From: Mobula hypostoma
Lineage: Eukaryota
Direction: 5' to 3'
DNA length: 64,000 nucleotides
NCBI RefSeq assembly: GCF_963921235.1
Contig: NC_086108.1
Span: 85,562,001-85,626,000, forward strand
Shown: positions 49,021 through 62,139 of the stretch, one piece after another
Position numbering within the stretch: position 1 is the stretch's first letter
Layout of the letters: the number at the start of each line of letters is the position of its first letter
Position numbers and translations under genes: made by a program
The notes under the pieces: model-generated
Told to the model about the DNA's origin: nothing
Seen by the model: the letters and a program-made list of their open reading frames with translations, nothing else
Databases searched by the model: none

Positions 49021-49124
49021 CTGAGATTATAAACTCAGAGGGCCTGCTTGTTAATTTCTGCCTCACTTTCTAAACCCACTTTGCAGGACCTCATCTCCCT
49101 TACTATCTATGACAATAGTACAAA

Positions 49125-50975
49125 TGTATTGGAATTAGTTTAGTAAAAAGCCTGTGTTTGATACTGTTCATGCAGATCAAATCATTACGCCGTGCACTGA
49201 GGCAGTTCAAGTTAAAACAATAACAGAAGGCAGAACAAAGTGAACAAGAACAGTGGAAATGCAGTGCAAGTAGACAATCAGGTGCAAGATCATAACAAAA
49301 AGATTGTGAGGTCAAAATCAATTTTCTTGTACAAAGTTCAAAGTACATTTATTATCAAAGTATGTATATTAGATTAGATTAGATTAGATTATGAGGGCAC
49401 ACAGTCCTCTTTTATTGTCAGTTAGTAATGCATGCATTAAGAAGTGATACAATTTGTTCCTCCAGAATGATATCACAGAAACACAAGACAAACCAAGACA
49501 AAAAAACCTGACAAAAACCACATGATTATAACATATAGTTACAACAGTGCAAAGCAATACCGTAATTTGATAGAGAACAGACTATGGGCACAGTAAAAAA
49601 AAAGTCCCAAAGTCTCTTGAAAGTCTCATCATCTCACGCAGTCGGTTGAAGGGAGAAATTCTCCCTGCCATGAGCTTCCAGCGCTGCAAACTTGCTGATG
49701 CAGCATCCTGGAAGCACCCGACCACAGTCCGACTCTGAGTCCATCGGAAAACTTTGAGCCTCCGACCAGCCCAAAGACACCGAGCGCCGAGCACCATCTC
49801 TGCCGAGTGCTTCAACCCCAGCCCCGGCAACAGGCAATAGGCAAAGCTGAGGATTTGGGGCCTTCCTCTCTGGAGATTCTGGATCGCACAGTAGCAACGG
49901 CAGCGAAGCAGGCATTTCAGAAGTTTCTCCAGGTGTTCCTCCGTGCTTCTCACGTCCGTCTCCATCAAATCAGGATTGTGCACGGCCCCTATTTAACAAA
50001 TACGATATCAGTTCGGAGCAGCTGCGCGCGCTGCGTCGCACCGCCATCTTCTCCTCCCCTACACAACCTTGAGATTCATCTCCTTATAGGCAGCCACAGA
50101 ACAAAGAAACCCAATAGAACCCAATAAAAACGTTAGTGTGCAGAAAAAAAAGCAAATCAGGAAAAAAATAAAAGTAAGCAAATAACATTCATGAAAGTTA
50201 GCCCACAGCCACGAAGCCGGTCATCACTGTAGCCAGTCCTTGTGCCCATTAGTTGCAGGCCACAACCTCAGTTCATTGCAGAGACAAGTAAGCCTTGCGG
50301 AACAGTGAGCTGAAAACCGGTCCTTCCTTCACCTCTGATGACAACCTGACCTTTTCAATCAGACCTAGAGCTTAAATTGCTGAACTACGGGTAGTTCTTT
50401 GCACGCGGATCTGGGCCTTGCCACTTTGATATGCTCTTGGGCCAGGGCCCCGCAGCTTCGACTTGGTCTGTATCTGACCTTTCCATTCTGGCCTGGCGCT
50501 AAAAGCAGTTGAACCTCGGGTTGTTCCTTGCTCTCGGCCCGGGGCCTGCAGCCTCAAATCTGCCTTGCCTTGGCTCAGCTGCTTTGAATTGAACTCCAAG
50601 TCCGCTCCAGCAATGGGCAAACCGGCTTGTTTCCTGCTCTTAGGCCTGGATTCAGGACCTGCCGCCTCGATTTGGCCTGTATATGCCACTCTTCAACCGG
50701 CCTGCATTTTCGAGACTTTAGTCCCCACCACAAAAATAGTATGTTGTACAGGCGGTTCAAAAGCTCAACTCCAAAAGGGAAGTTACAGGCTATTGGTTGC
50801 AATGATCATTTCTGAGAAAAAGTCTGAGTAATAAAATAGTTAATAGTTGTGTTTGCCGTCAGCAAGTCTTCACTGTGCTTCACCAGCAATATTGTAAACC
50901 AGATCCATTCAAAGGTCTTACAACAGTAGTGTAGAAGCTGTTTTTGACCCTAGTGATATGTGCTTTTCGGCTTCT
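49125..50975 (-). mobile_element. Three-level nest: Rex1-like 3' end (49125-49332, 50900-50975) > non-autonomous element (49333-50900) > younger non-autonomous element (49369-50060)
   Basis: Tails AAAGTTCAAAGTACATTTATTATC and (TTAGA)n; the inner element begins near AAGATGGCGG on the minus strand; each host resumes after its insert. Confidence 0.72.
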
Positions 50976-51112
50976 GCAAACAATGACCTCTGGGTATTCT
51001 CTCTCCCACCTCAGAATTTTAGCTACCCATAAGTGACATCCCTCACCCTGGCATGAAAAAAAGCAATATATCCTCCCTGGTGATCACCCATTCCTCTCTT
51101 TCTGTAGCTACG

Positions 51113-51531
51113 TGTGACGAACTGTTGCTACGTTTGGATATGGCCCAAGCGAGGAGTGAGAGACACTGAAGTGGGTTGATAGTTCACAGACTTTAATGCA
51201 AACAGAGTTAGAGGGAATAGAAAACAAGAAAACACTGGGCTAAACAGGGCAGTTAACTAAAACTCTCAAATGGAAAATAAAGCCAACCCTGTGGCTGAAA
51301 GGAATAGCTAAATATAAAACAAATACTAGTAATCTTCAGAGACAGTTGACTCGACAGTCCAATTTCTCAGGCAAGGCCAAATGCAAGCAGGCAGCAAAAC
51401 ATTGCTGTGCTTTGCTGAAGTCTCTACAAGTGCTACAATGAAAAGAATAGAATTAAATACCATCACAATTAAATAATAATTAGCCGAATCCGTGGTGTGA
51501 CGCAAACTTTCTATGCATGTTACCAACGACA
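51113..51531. repeat. Possible LTR
   Basis: TGTGAC...GACA termini and LTR-like composition; no TSD found. Confidence 0.35.
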
Positions 51532-51708
51532 CTTTCCAATCCCGGGTGCATCATTGCAAGTCCAACCACAGTTCCAACTTTTCAATACCTAATTGCTCTC
51601 TGCTAATTTTATAGGTGTTACAGGTCCCGCTGTTCCCTCTCGGTCTCAACTTTCTGGAAATCTGCCCTATGGCTCCCTTCTTAGACACAGCACAATTACT
51701 TCTTCAAA

Positions 51709-51770
51709 GAGGCTCGAAATAGTGACCTTCAGATCACTAGACTGACGTCTTAACCACTTGGCCAAACGCC
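51709..51770 (-). mobile_element. tRNA(Thr)-like SINE head
   Basis: Minus strand GGCGTTTGGCCAAGTGGTTAAGACGTCAGTCTAGTGATCTGAAGGTCACTATTTCGAGCCTC: A box, loop CTAGTGA, B-box-like TTCGAGCC. Confidence 0.65.
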
Positions 51771-51789
51771 AACACTAGATCTGAGACAA

Positions 51790-53935
51790 TGTGGTTCTTT
51801 TCTGGTTTCCCTTTGGATCATCTCTGCCATAATAGGGAGACTTTTGATATGCAATAACGAGAAATATCAAGAGGTGTGTCCTCTTTTCTACATTTTTCAG
51901 GTATAGTATTTCCATTTCCAAGGGTAAATGCGATAGTCCACCAGCATTTACATGATTACTTGACCTCTTGAATTTGATCCTGTAGTTCTCTGTGTTCACG
52001 CTGCTGCTTTCAGTGGAACACCCTTCCGTGGATTGAAAATGGACACTAGTTGTTGATGGTCAGTAATGAGGGTAAACTCTCTCCTATACAAGTACTGGTT
52101 GAAATGTTTTACACCCCATACCAGAATCAAGGCCTCTCTGTCAATCTACGTAAATTTTCTCTGCAGCGGAAAGGGAACATGATGCAAAAGCATTGACTTC
52201 TGTCAGTCATAACATGTGACATACCATAAAGAAAAGTGTCACAGGCAAGCTTCAACGGACGATATGGATCAGCATGTATGAGTACAGTGTCTGACGTTAT
52301 CATTTCCTTTACCTTTCGGAAAACCACCTCACACTGTCTTGTCCATTGCCATTTCTTCCTGATCTGTAGTAATGAATTCAAGTGGTGAGCACAGTGGCCA
52401 GTTTCGGCAGGAACCTGTTATGGTAATTGATCTTAAAAAGGACTGCAACTGTAAAATGTCCTTTGCCATTGGGGCATCCTCCACTGCTTGAATGTTCTTG
52501 GCATGCTTGTGTAAACCTTATACATCAATGGTGTGACCACTAATAAGTGATGCTTGGTTTAACATTCACACTTGTTGCATCATGCTCTCAGCCCATAATC
52601 TTCTAATCTTTTCTGTCTTCAGTAAGGAAGATAGTCCTTGTCTTCCTTACAGGTAACAATGATGTCATCCAGGTAGAACTGAGTGCCTGAGCAACCTTGC
52701 AGCACCTGGTCTATAGATGTCTGCCAGGTGCAAATGATACAAAAATATTATAGTGATAAACCCTTTGTGAGTGTTTATGGTAAGAAACATTTTGGACTCC
52801 TCTTCCATCTCCACCTGTAGGAAGGCCTCAGCTAAGTCCACTTTGTTGATGTGTGTCCAGCAGAATGGTTTGCAAAAATACCCTCTGTCCTGGGAAGAAG
52901 GTATTGATCTACTTTCAGTACTGGGATGATAGTGGCCTTAAAATCACCACAGATCCTGACAAACCTATTCTTCATGGCTATTTGGACAACTGGAGGTTCC
53001 CATGTGCTCCACTCAAAAATAATTTGGAAATAATTCCTTCAGTCTGCATGGGATCTATCTCACTGGCCACTTTATCATAGATGGTTTAAGGAAGCGGACG
53101 AGCTTTATAAAACTTGGGTGTGATATTTTCATGTAACATTCTTGATATGTTTAAGTTTTCCAACTTCATCCTTGAACACTGCTGTGACATCATCCAACAC
53201 CTTTCTTAATTTGCTTTCTGTTGGCTCTTTTGCAGGGGGTGTGGCATGCAAAGGGTGGGTGGATCTCCAATCGTGTTGTAATTGTCTCAGCCAATCACAG
53301 CCCCACAATGCTGTCCCTCCAGTTTTTTTTACCACATACAATTCCAGTGTGGTTTGTCAGTTGTTGTATATCACTATATGTCCTGTATGACATTGCCACA
53401 GGAATGATCTTTTCTTCGGTATATCCAGTTATCTACTGTGCAATCAAACACATCTATTACTCTGTTACAACCAGTCATTTCTGTTTTATTTTAAACTTTG
53501 AATATTATCACCTGGTACTCACTATATATGTACATGTGAATTCATCTGTTTTCTGTTCCTCCAGAAGAAGCGCATGCTGTGCTATTTTTTCACTTATCAT
53601 TCCTTGCTGTGCCTTTCCACTCAAACATCTTACTGTGCTTCAATAGTTAGGTTGTTGTCTCAGGTTCATTTAAATCTTCCTCTTTGCCACTGTTATGTTT
53701 TACATCTCCAAAACATCAAACTAATGAAAGAAAATCAAAGGAGCCTGAGAGATGCGTGTAGACTTCAGTTTTACTTTAAGTGAGGTGCGCATGTATGATT
53801 TGGTGGTGTGATGACATATGTCATTCAGAAATTTTTACGTGCAATCTGTGAACAAGTATTTAAACAAAGAATACTTAATCAAACAATATATTTATTACAT
53901 TACTCAAATATTATTGAAATACTAAATAAACAACA
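51790..53935 (-). mobile_element. Second Gypsy LTR retrotransposon remnant (5' LTR 53691-53935, PBS, degenerate pol)
   Basis: LTR TGTT...AACA followed on the minus strand by PBS-like TGGCAAAGAGG; ALWGCDWL, FYLDDIIVT, PLKLACD, FTLITDH. Confidence 0.88.
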
Positions 53936-54139
53936 CTATCCTTCATGAACAATGGAACAACATCAGTCAGCCTTCAGATTCCTGGAATTTCACCAGTGGC
54001 TAAAGATGAAACAGACAAGGCTTTCCCCAACTTCTTCCCTATTCTCCCATAAGATGTCAGTTTTCAACTGAGAAGTAGAGGAACTAATGAAAATCTTGCA
54101 GAATTTACTTCCAGTTAAAAAATTATCTCTGTGGGAATT

Positions 54140-54480
54140 TTTATTTATGTATTTAGAGATGCGGTATGGCAAGAGGCCCTTCTGGCCCACAATTACACCC
54201 AAGTGACCAATTGACCTACTAACCGATATTTGGGAGGAATTTGGGAGGAAACCAGACCACATGGAGGAAACTTTCATGGTCAGTGGACGAACGTACAAAC
54301 TCCTTACCAATTGACCTACTAACTGATATTTGGGAAGAATTTGGGAGGAAACCGGACCACATGGAGGAAACTTTCATGGTCAGTGGAAGAACGTACAAAC
54401 TCCTTACAAGCAGTGTTGGGAATTGAACCCAGATCGTTGGCTCTGTGAAGTGTTATGCTAACTGCTATGCTACTGTGCAA
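54140..54480 (-). mobile_element. V-SINE with an internal 100-bp tandem duplication
   Basis: Units 54206-54305 and 54306-54405; tRNA-like head GAATTGAACCC...GCTAACTGCTATGCTAC. Confidence 0.9.
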
Positions 54481-54489
54481 CTTGCGGGA

Positions 54490-56550
54490 GTGAATACCAT
54501 CAAAGGCAACAAGTTCCTTGGATTTCAGGGCCTACATGCTTGGATTTTGAAAGAAACACCACAGACCTATTAGCCAGATGACTATGCTAGTGAAGAGGAA
54601 GAATCTTTTTCAGGGATGTAGGCAATAGAAAATCATATTATATTAACCAGAATTAACACACACGATTGAAACAGGAATGGTATTTGTTAATGTTTTTAGC
54701 AGTTGGATCTAGCTGACTAGTTATCAGCAAGTACAGTGTACTTGGAGTTTTAGAAATTATGAAATAAAGTGCCACATAAACTCATGAGACAAATTTAGTA
54801 CTCATTGGATTTGTGGGCAATAGGTTAGCATAGACTGAGGAGTAGATGAGGAAGCAGATTATTTTCAGGGTGGTAGGTTTTTAAGTAATGGGGCCACAAT
54901 GCTAAAGCCTCAGCAGTTTACAATTATATAAATGTCTGATGAAGGCACTGAGTGGCCTGGCGGGAGAGTTCACTGTGAGGAGGATGTAATAGGTCTCTAC
55001 AATTATTTAGATCTATTAAGCCGTGTCTGTGACTGTTCTAGATGGAACGGAATGCAGGTGAATCTCAGGTTATAGCTTTTGTACACAGAACTAGGAAAGG
55101 TGACAAATTGACTGGGTCCTGGATGTCTCTATATATCAATCATAGAACACAGAACTGTACAGGATTAGCCAGGCCATTCAGTCCATGGTGATGTGCAGAT
55201 CCTAATGCCAATTTATACAGTGTGTTCCTCCTGTGTAAAATTTATATCCCTCCATCCCATTCATGTGTCTATTTAAAAACCTCTCACTGTCTGCCTCCAC
55301 TACTACACATGGTAACATATTCCAGGCTTCTTCCACTCAGCATAAAACAAAAACTTGTCCTTCAAGTTGGCTCTAAACTTTTCCCCTCTAACCTCAAATG
55401 TATGTTCTCCGAAGAGGTTAATATGCAAGTACCGCAAATAATTAAGGAGGCAAAGAACATGTTAGCTTAAAAAAATAAATGACTTGGAGCATTAGAATAA
55501 ACTATCTCATAAAATAACACAAGACTTAGGGAGGGCATACCCAAAATTCAGGGTACAATTTTGGTTTCTTTGACTTAAAGGAACTGCAAGATTGGAGGAG
55601 GGGAGGCGGTGATTGATACTGGACAATATTTCCTGGTTTGGAAGGACAAGAAATAATCTTACAGAAATGTCTAAATTCCTGAACAAACTGACAAGGTATT
55701 GTGCAAAAATTACCTCTGGCAACAGAGTCTAGCACAGAATATGCAGGAAAAGCCCTCCCCACCACTGAGCCCATCTACAAGGAGCACTGCCACAAGAAAG
55801 CAGTATCCGTTATCTAGGAACCCATCATCCAGGCCATGCTCTCTTCTCGCTGCTGCAGTTGGGAAGGAGCTACAACAACCTCAGGTCCAACACCACCAGG
55901 TTCAGGAGCAACTATTATCCTTCAACCAACAGGCTCCTGAACCAGAGCGGAAAACTTCACTCACCAGAACACCCAAACTGATTTCCACAACCTGTAGACT
56001 CCATTTCAAGGACTCTACCAGTCATGTTCTCAGCTTTCTTCCTGTCTTTATCTATCTATCTATCTATTCATTCATTTATCTGGTTATTTATTTTTTCATT
56101 CAATCCATTTATTTATTTATTTATTCATTGTTATTATTATTATATTTGCACAGCTTATCTTCTTTTGTATGTTGTTTGTCAGTCTTTGCTTTTTTGTACT
56201 TCATTGATTCTTTTGTATTTCTTTGTTTTACTGTGAATGCTTGTAAGAAAATGAATCTCGGGGTAGTATGTGGTGACATATACATAATTGATAATGAATT
56301 TACTTTGAACTGAAGAATAGGAGTTGGTATTTTATGAATGCAATGAAGATAATTTTTTTGTTAATCTTTGGAATTCCCTTCCTCAGAGCTTTGAAATACA
56401 GTCATTGACTATATTCAAGATATATTTTTGGATGAAAGGATATCATGACTCAAGGTTGATACTATAAGGTGAGGTTGAGGTAAGAATTGTTTTATTTAAC
56501 AGAGAATTGAACTCAAAGGTCTGAATGGCTTATGTCCCCTTCTATTCCTT
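54490..56550 (+). mobile_element. Very old CR1 remnant with nested inserts (minus-strand CR1 tail 55140-55400; Rex1 tail 55715-56312)
   Basis: YLEF.KL.NKVPH, IFRVV, TRLRRAYPKFRVQFW and WNSLP remnants. Confidence 0.6.
55715..56312 (+). mobile_element. Rex1-like 3' fragment
   Basis: Matches 8641-9170 in reverse orientation; tail TGATAATGAATTTACTTTGAAC. Confidence 0.9.
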
Positions 56551-58129
56551 TTCTTTTTATTTTCTTGTGAGGTATCTGGTATGTAGTTTTATGAGACAGC
56601 TTTGACAGAGAGACGGTTTGAAAAGATCAAAGATTTACCACTGGCATGCTAGATACCCATATTGGAAATATTTCACGACTTCTATCTAACAGCTGTGTCA
56701 AGAGTACCTTATACTGAAAGAGAAGGAGGAGAGGTGTGGGATGCGTGGGATGGGAGAAAATGGGATTGATGATATTCATTCAAAGCAAGGAAGCAACTGA
56801 TTCTCCTCATCTACACGTGCTTCGGACTTTAATGCAAGGCATCTGCAACTCAATTCCAGAAGGAACTAATGAGGTAAAGCTCAAACTTGGCTTAATATTT
56901 TTCAGCTTTGTAGATGTGTGGGTCTATGTACACTCCTTTCTCTCCTGCCGCTGTTATTTACACTCTGTGATAACTACTAATGTCACAGCTCACTGCTGAC
57001 CCACCTTCCCATCACACCCCCAGCTACTTATATGCTCCTATAATTGGCACCTAGTTTAATGACCCAATTTTGCACCCTTTTAGGCAAAGCTATTACTCAT
57101 TTTCTGGTGTTTCTGTGAAGTGGAAGATATAAATATCTTCATTGTGTATGCATGACTAATATCCATTGTTTATCTTTAATGTTTCTTCCATTAGTGATGC
57201 TGTGTATTTGCAATTTATATGACTGAAAAAATAATGAAAGTTACATTTATATCAGGATTAACAGGTTGAGGCTAGTTTGAGACAGCTATCATTTCTTTCA
57301 GTAGGTACCTCACAGGAGATTATCACAAAGTATTAGAGATAGGAAATGCAGCAGGATGGATACTTTGATTGATGGGTAGAAAAGAAAATGCATGACATTC
57401 AGATTGGAGAGGGAGGGGATTTATAAACTCTAGTGGTCAGGGTTGGATTCACTTTTATGCTTTTTGTTCACACATGGATGATTTGAACTAGGGTTTAGGG
57501 AGGATGCTATTGAAATTACTGAACATTATTATAGTCCAGCATTTGGTAAACAATGAAGACATCTGTTAAAGGACACTGAGGGTTATCAGAGTAAGCAAAA
57601 ATGTTGAGGGCATGATGAGATGTAAACAAATGTGGTATAATTCACTTTATAAGGAAAAACAAGAAAAGACAAACAAAAGTGTAGTGGTAGAGAGATGCAT
57701 ATGGGATGATTGCCTAAAGAAGTCATGTGTGCGTTTAGACGTGAGAATCTGCTGGTAGCATTAGAATGTAATATGGAAACAAAGAAAACATTTCAGTGCC
57801 ATCCATTGCTCAGGCCAGGGTACTTGGTGTAGGTCTGGGCTCCTTGCATTAGAATGAAGTAATGAATTCAAATGAAGTACGAATTTCATTTATGTTACAA
57901 GGATAGCAAGCAAAAGAAAATAAAGAAATTGTGGTTAGTGTCTTCAAGGTCAAATTTATTTCCAATCCTTAATTGCCCTGAAGCTGATGGATTTCTTTTG
58001 AACTATTGCAGTCCTTGTGGTGAAGGTTTTCCAAATCTTCTGTTTAGCAAGGAATCCCAGGATGCAAATCCAGTGATGAGAAAAAAATACTTTTAGACCA
58101 GAATGGATTGTGATTCGAGGGGAACCTGC

Positions 58130-58522
58130 AGCCTTAGGTCCCACACTACTAGGTTCAGGAACAGTGGTTACACTTGAACCATCAGGCTCATGAACCAGTG
58201 TGGATAACTTCAGTCACCTCAACACTGAACTGATGCTACATCTTATTGTTTCAAGGAGGTGTTGGGAAGTGGACCCAAATGCAGGATACAGACATTGAAG
58301 TAGTATAAACAGGACTATTTATGTTGCAAGTCCGAAACGAGAATCAGGTGCCTCAATCAAGGTGCCCAATGGAACACAGGAAAACAGAAATAACTGGAAT
58401 ATGGAATCCACGGACTGGACCATGACACCTGTAGGCTCACTTGCAAGAAATCTGCAACTCATATTCTCAATATAATTAATTAATTTATTTGTTTATTGTT
58501 ATTGTATTTTTATTTTTCCTAC
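58130..58522 (+). mobile_element. Rex1-like 3' fragment interrupted by an LTR-like piece (approx. 58250-58425)
   Basis: CACTACTAGGTTCAGGAACAG...ACCATCAGGCTC; the insert shares GACCCAAATGCAG with the LTR at 27913. Confidence 0.65.
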
Positions 58523-58524
58523 AG

Positions 58525-60770
58525 CTCAGGCTGGTAAAACTATGGTATGGGATCGACAAGCACAATCATTTCCAAAATGCTAGGAACTTTCAGACTATTG
58601 TAGTGACGTTTAGTATTGTAGCTTTCTGAAGATTCACATAAATATTGCTGCATAGGATTAACTGTTTAATGCTATTGTGTAGAGACTTTGGGATGATGCC
58701 AGTTGTAGATATTACTACTGGGACAATGTATGCTCAGTTCATGTTCCATAGTCTTTCAATTTCCTCTTTTTTTTAACTGCCTGCTATGCTGCTGGTGTTT
58801 AGGGCAGCAATGAAGTTCCTCTATCTCTGTCTGTTCTTGGCCATCTTCTCTATTGTACCTCAGGTGGGGTTCAGGGTCTTCAGTCATACACAGATATAGA
58901 AAGATCCTTCATTGTTGTTTCCATAACAATTTTTTTGATCAGTCAGCATTCTTAACACTGAGCTGAACCCCAAAACTTGGAGGACCAGTGGACCACTCTT
59001 AGCCTGGCCTCTATTCTTTGACCTGTTTGGCATGGGTGATCCCACCAGGGGCCAAAGCACAAGGCTCTGACTCCATCCAACATAGCTCTCCAGGTGATTG
59101 AAGCACACAATCCTGCAAACCCTACAACAAGGTTGTGGTCCTCTTGGAGGAATTTCCTCCTTTAATTCAGCATATTTCTGGTGTCCGTTACTTACTGATT
59201 TCTGTATGTTACGTATGTTTTGAATGGCTATATTTATTAAGTAATTTGTTCTAGCCTGTTTATCCTGTAATATATCTGGATGGTTATTGTCAGTCGTAAT
59301 GTAATTTGTCGGGCTCTGACTCTAAAACTGGATCAGGCTTCTACTTATGGGAAGGTACTGTATCTTTTATGAGCTTGTATTTTAAACTAAGATTTTGATG
59401 AGTGATGTCTCCCACTTGATTGTGCCAGTGTAAGTAAGATTGAGTAAAGTTGCTGCAGGATCCTGTAATGTGTTGGACTGTTTCTGGTTTCTCTTGGCAT
59501 TTTCTGCATTTATCATCTTGAATTTGTTGGTATTTTACTGTGTATTTTTGATAATTCTTTTGTGTTAACCATCTGGTCCTGTATTGCCACAAGGAATCCC
59601 TCTGTTTCTGGGAAGAGCTCTCTAAATCTGAACCAGATTTGATGATTCCTTGTCGACATCTAGTTTGCTGAGATCATAGGGATATCTTCCATGGAAGGCC
59701 ATGCTCTTTCACTGGTTAACTTTTTCTTCTCTAGTGATAATTTCTTCTTTTTTCTGGGTTGTGCTTTCATATAAATTTATTGGTGTCTACTTCTTATCAG
59801 AATTGCATATGCTCACATGGAGTGCTGAATTCTGTTTTTGCTGATGAAAAAATATCCTTAGAAGTTTTAGCTGACTGTTGTGTAAAGTTTTCATATCTGT
59901 TATTCCTCTTCCTCCTATCCTAGATAGTGTTAATCTGAGTGCATTTGAGTATACATAATGTTTTCTGAAGTTTGTCATTTCAGTACTTATTTTTCTTTGT
60001 AAATTTTCCAGATCAGTTTCAGAGCAAGATATAATGCCAAAAGAATACATTAATATGAAAGTGTTTATTGCCTTTGTTATATTTTTACTGTTGAACTCTG
60101 GCAGATTTTCTTAAACCTTGAAGTAAATTCTGTTGAAAGTTTTCCATTTATCACACTATGATCTATTTTCTTTGCTTATTGATATCCCTGATACTTAGGT
60201 TTCATATTCATCTGTTGGTTGTATCGTATCCTTCTGCTTTGTTTTATTTTCTACTAGCTCTATTGCACTGTTTATTATGTTTAATGTTCTGCACTTCTCC
60301 AGTCCAAAATTCATGTTTATAACTTAAGAAATTTTCTACTATTTGAATAATTGCTTTAGCTTTACTGATGAAGAAGCATATAATTTTAAATCGTCCATGT
60401 ATAGAAGGTGTGTAAAGGTATAATTTGTTTGGTTGTCTCTGGCTTGATACTCTATTTTGTAAATTAGAGAGCAGTTTTAAAGCTAGACAAAACCTGAGTG
60501 AGTTGCTGTGAAAAATGCCTCTGTTTATTTTGATAATTGTAGTTGTTCTTTTTTGGTTGTTAATAGTTATGTTAATTATAGTACGCCAATGTTTCAACAG
60601 ATGCAGGAATTTCAAAAGTATTGGGTGTAGTTTATATATATTAAGAACTTCTATCAACTATGAACGTGGGACAGAATCAAATGCTTTTTGCTAGTCAACA
60701 TAAAAACATGAAAGAGATCTGCTTTCCCTCTGGCCTTGATTTAAAATGACGGAATCTATTATCAGTTGTG
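58525..60770 (-). mobile_element. R4/Dong-like non-LTR retrotransposon with restriction-like endonuclease (RLE), degenerate
   Basis: KINRGIFH, HLLYMDDLK, GGRGITD (RT); CRKCQEKPETVQHITGSC zinc knuckle; HNQV, NHPDI, KYAELKEEIERLW, IVPVVISTTG (RLE). Confidence 0.9.
58771..59150 (-). mobile_element. Bipartite non-autonomous RTE (Expander/Rex3-like 5' UTR fused to an RTE 3' end)
   Basis: 13-bp TSD AATTTCCTC(T/C)TTT at 58758-58770 and 59151-59163; 5' GGACCACAACCTTG...GAGCTATG...CCCATGCCAAACAGGTC; 3' EKMAKNRQR.RNFIAAL. Confidence 0.85.
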
Positions 60771-61680
60771 CTTTACATGCTTTCTTTCCTGTATGGCATT
60801 CTTTCTGAGTGTGAGGATCAGCACGGCTACAATGCCATATTCAAACTGGCTGACAACATGGCTGTTGTATGCCAAATAATGAATCAGCATGTAGGAGGGA
60901 GATTGATAATATGTCTGAATGGTGACATAACAACCTCTTGCTCAGTGTCAGCAAGACCAAGGAGCTGATTATTGTTATCAGGATGAGGAAACTGGAGGTC
61001 TATGAGCCAGTCCTCATCAAAGAGTCAGGGGTGGAGAGGGCCAGCAACTTTAAATTCCTCGCTGTTATCATTTCAGAGGACCTGTTCTGGGCCCAGCACG
61101 TAGGTGCAATTACAAAGAAAGCAGGGCAGCACCTCTACTTCCTTATGAGTTTGCAAAGATTCGGCATTTCATCAAAAACTTTGCCAAACTACTATAGTTG
61201 TGTAATGGCTGGTTGCATCACAGTCTGGTGTGGAAACACCAATGGCCTTGAACGGACATTCTACAAAGAGTAGTGGATACGGCTCAGTCCTTCACAGGTA
61301 AAACCCTTCCCACCATTGAGCACATCTACATGAAGCGTTGTTGCAGGAAATCAGCATCTATCATCAGGGACCCTGCCTCTTTTCACTGCTGCCATCAGGA
61401 AGAAGGTACAGGAGCCTCAGGACTCTCACCACCCGGTTCTGGAACAGTTAGTACCCCTGAACCACCAGGCTCCAACCAAAGGGGATAACTTCACTCAACT
61501 TCACTTGCTCCTTTATTAAAATGTTTCCTCAACCTATAGACTCACTTTCAAGGACTCTTAGTCTCATGTTCTCAATATTTATTGCTTATTTATTTATTAT
61601 TATTATTTCTTTCTTTTTCTATTTGCACAGTTTTTTGTCTTTTGCACACTGGTTGAATGCCCAAGTTGATACTGTTTTTC
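60770..61680 (+). mobile_element. Rex1/Babar 3' fragment
   Basis: IFKLADN, LSVSKTKELII, SNFKFLAVIISEDLFW, KKAGQHLYFL. Confidence 0.92.
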
Positions 61681-62139
61681 AGAGGAACATGTTAAAGAAC
61701 TCTATCTGTACTCATGATTTACTTTATTACAAGAGTTAATTTGTAAAATCAGGGTAAATGCTTAATATGAGGGAAAGAGGGAAAGAGGGATTGAGAGACA
61801 AGGTTTGATTTTCTCCCTTTCGCCACACATTCTTTCATTCATCGTTATATTCAATTTTTAGGTCATCAAAAGTTCTGGAAAGGTCAACATTATTGACAAT
61901 CCTTTGCGCCATCTTCTTGAATCGCTGAAGTCATTCTGGTGAAGACATTGGCATAATGCTGTTAGGGAGAGAGTTCCAGCATTTAGATTCAGAAACTTAG
62001 TACCTAGTTCATGATTGATACGTCAGAATAGAAGATGACATTGAGTGTTCCTACTGCAGTTGTCCCTGGTGGTTGAAGTTGTAGGTTTGGAAAGTGTTCT
62101 TGGAGTAAACTTGGCGAATAATTGCAGTATATTGTATAA

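Larger units (their letters stand above)
47620..49105 (-). mobile_element. Old CR1 ORF1/APE remnant, split by a solo LTR
   Basis: Collinear with 26400-27260 (ATTAGTTTAAAC; AATAATC.TGAGATTA). Confidence 0.65.

Noticed and set aside
51709..51770. Functional tRNA-Thr gene
   Set aside because: The acceptor stem cannot be closed and the T arm is degenerate; better explained as a SINE head or pseudogene.
55699..56313. 204-aa ORF
   Set aside because: Out-of-frame read of a Rex1 3' end plus low-complexity TTTA/TCTA repeats.
58990..59150. HDV-like ribozyme at the 5' end of the bipartite RTE element
   Set aside because: Could not assign P1, P3, L3 and J4/2 in the required order.
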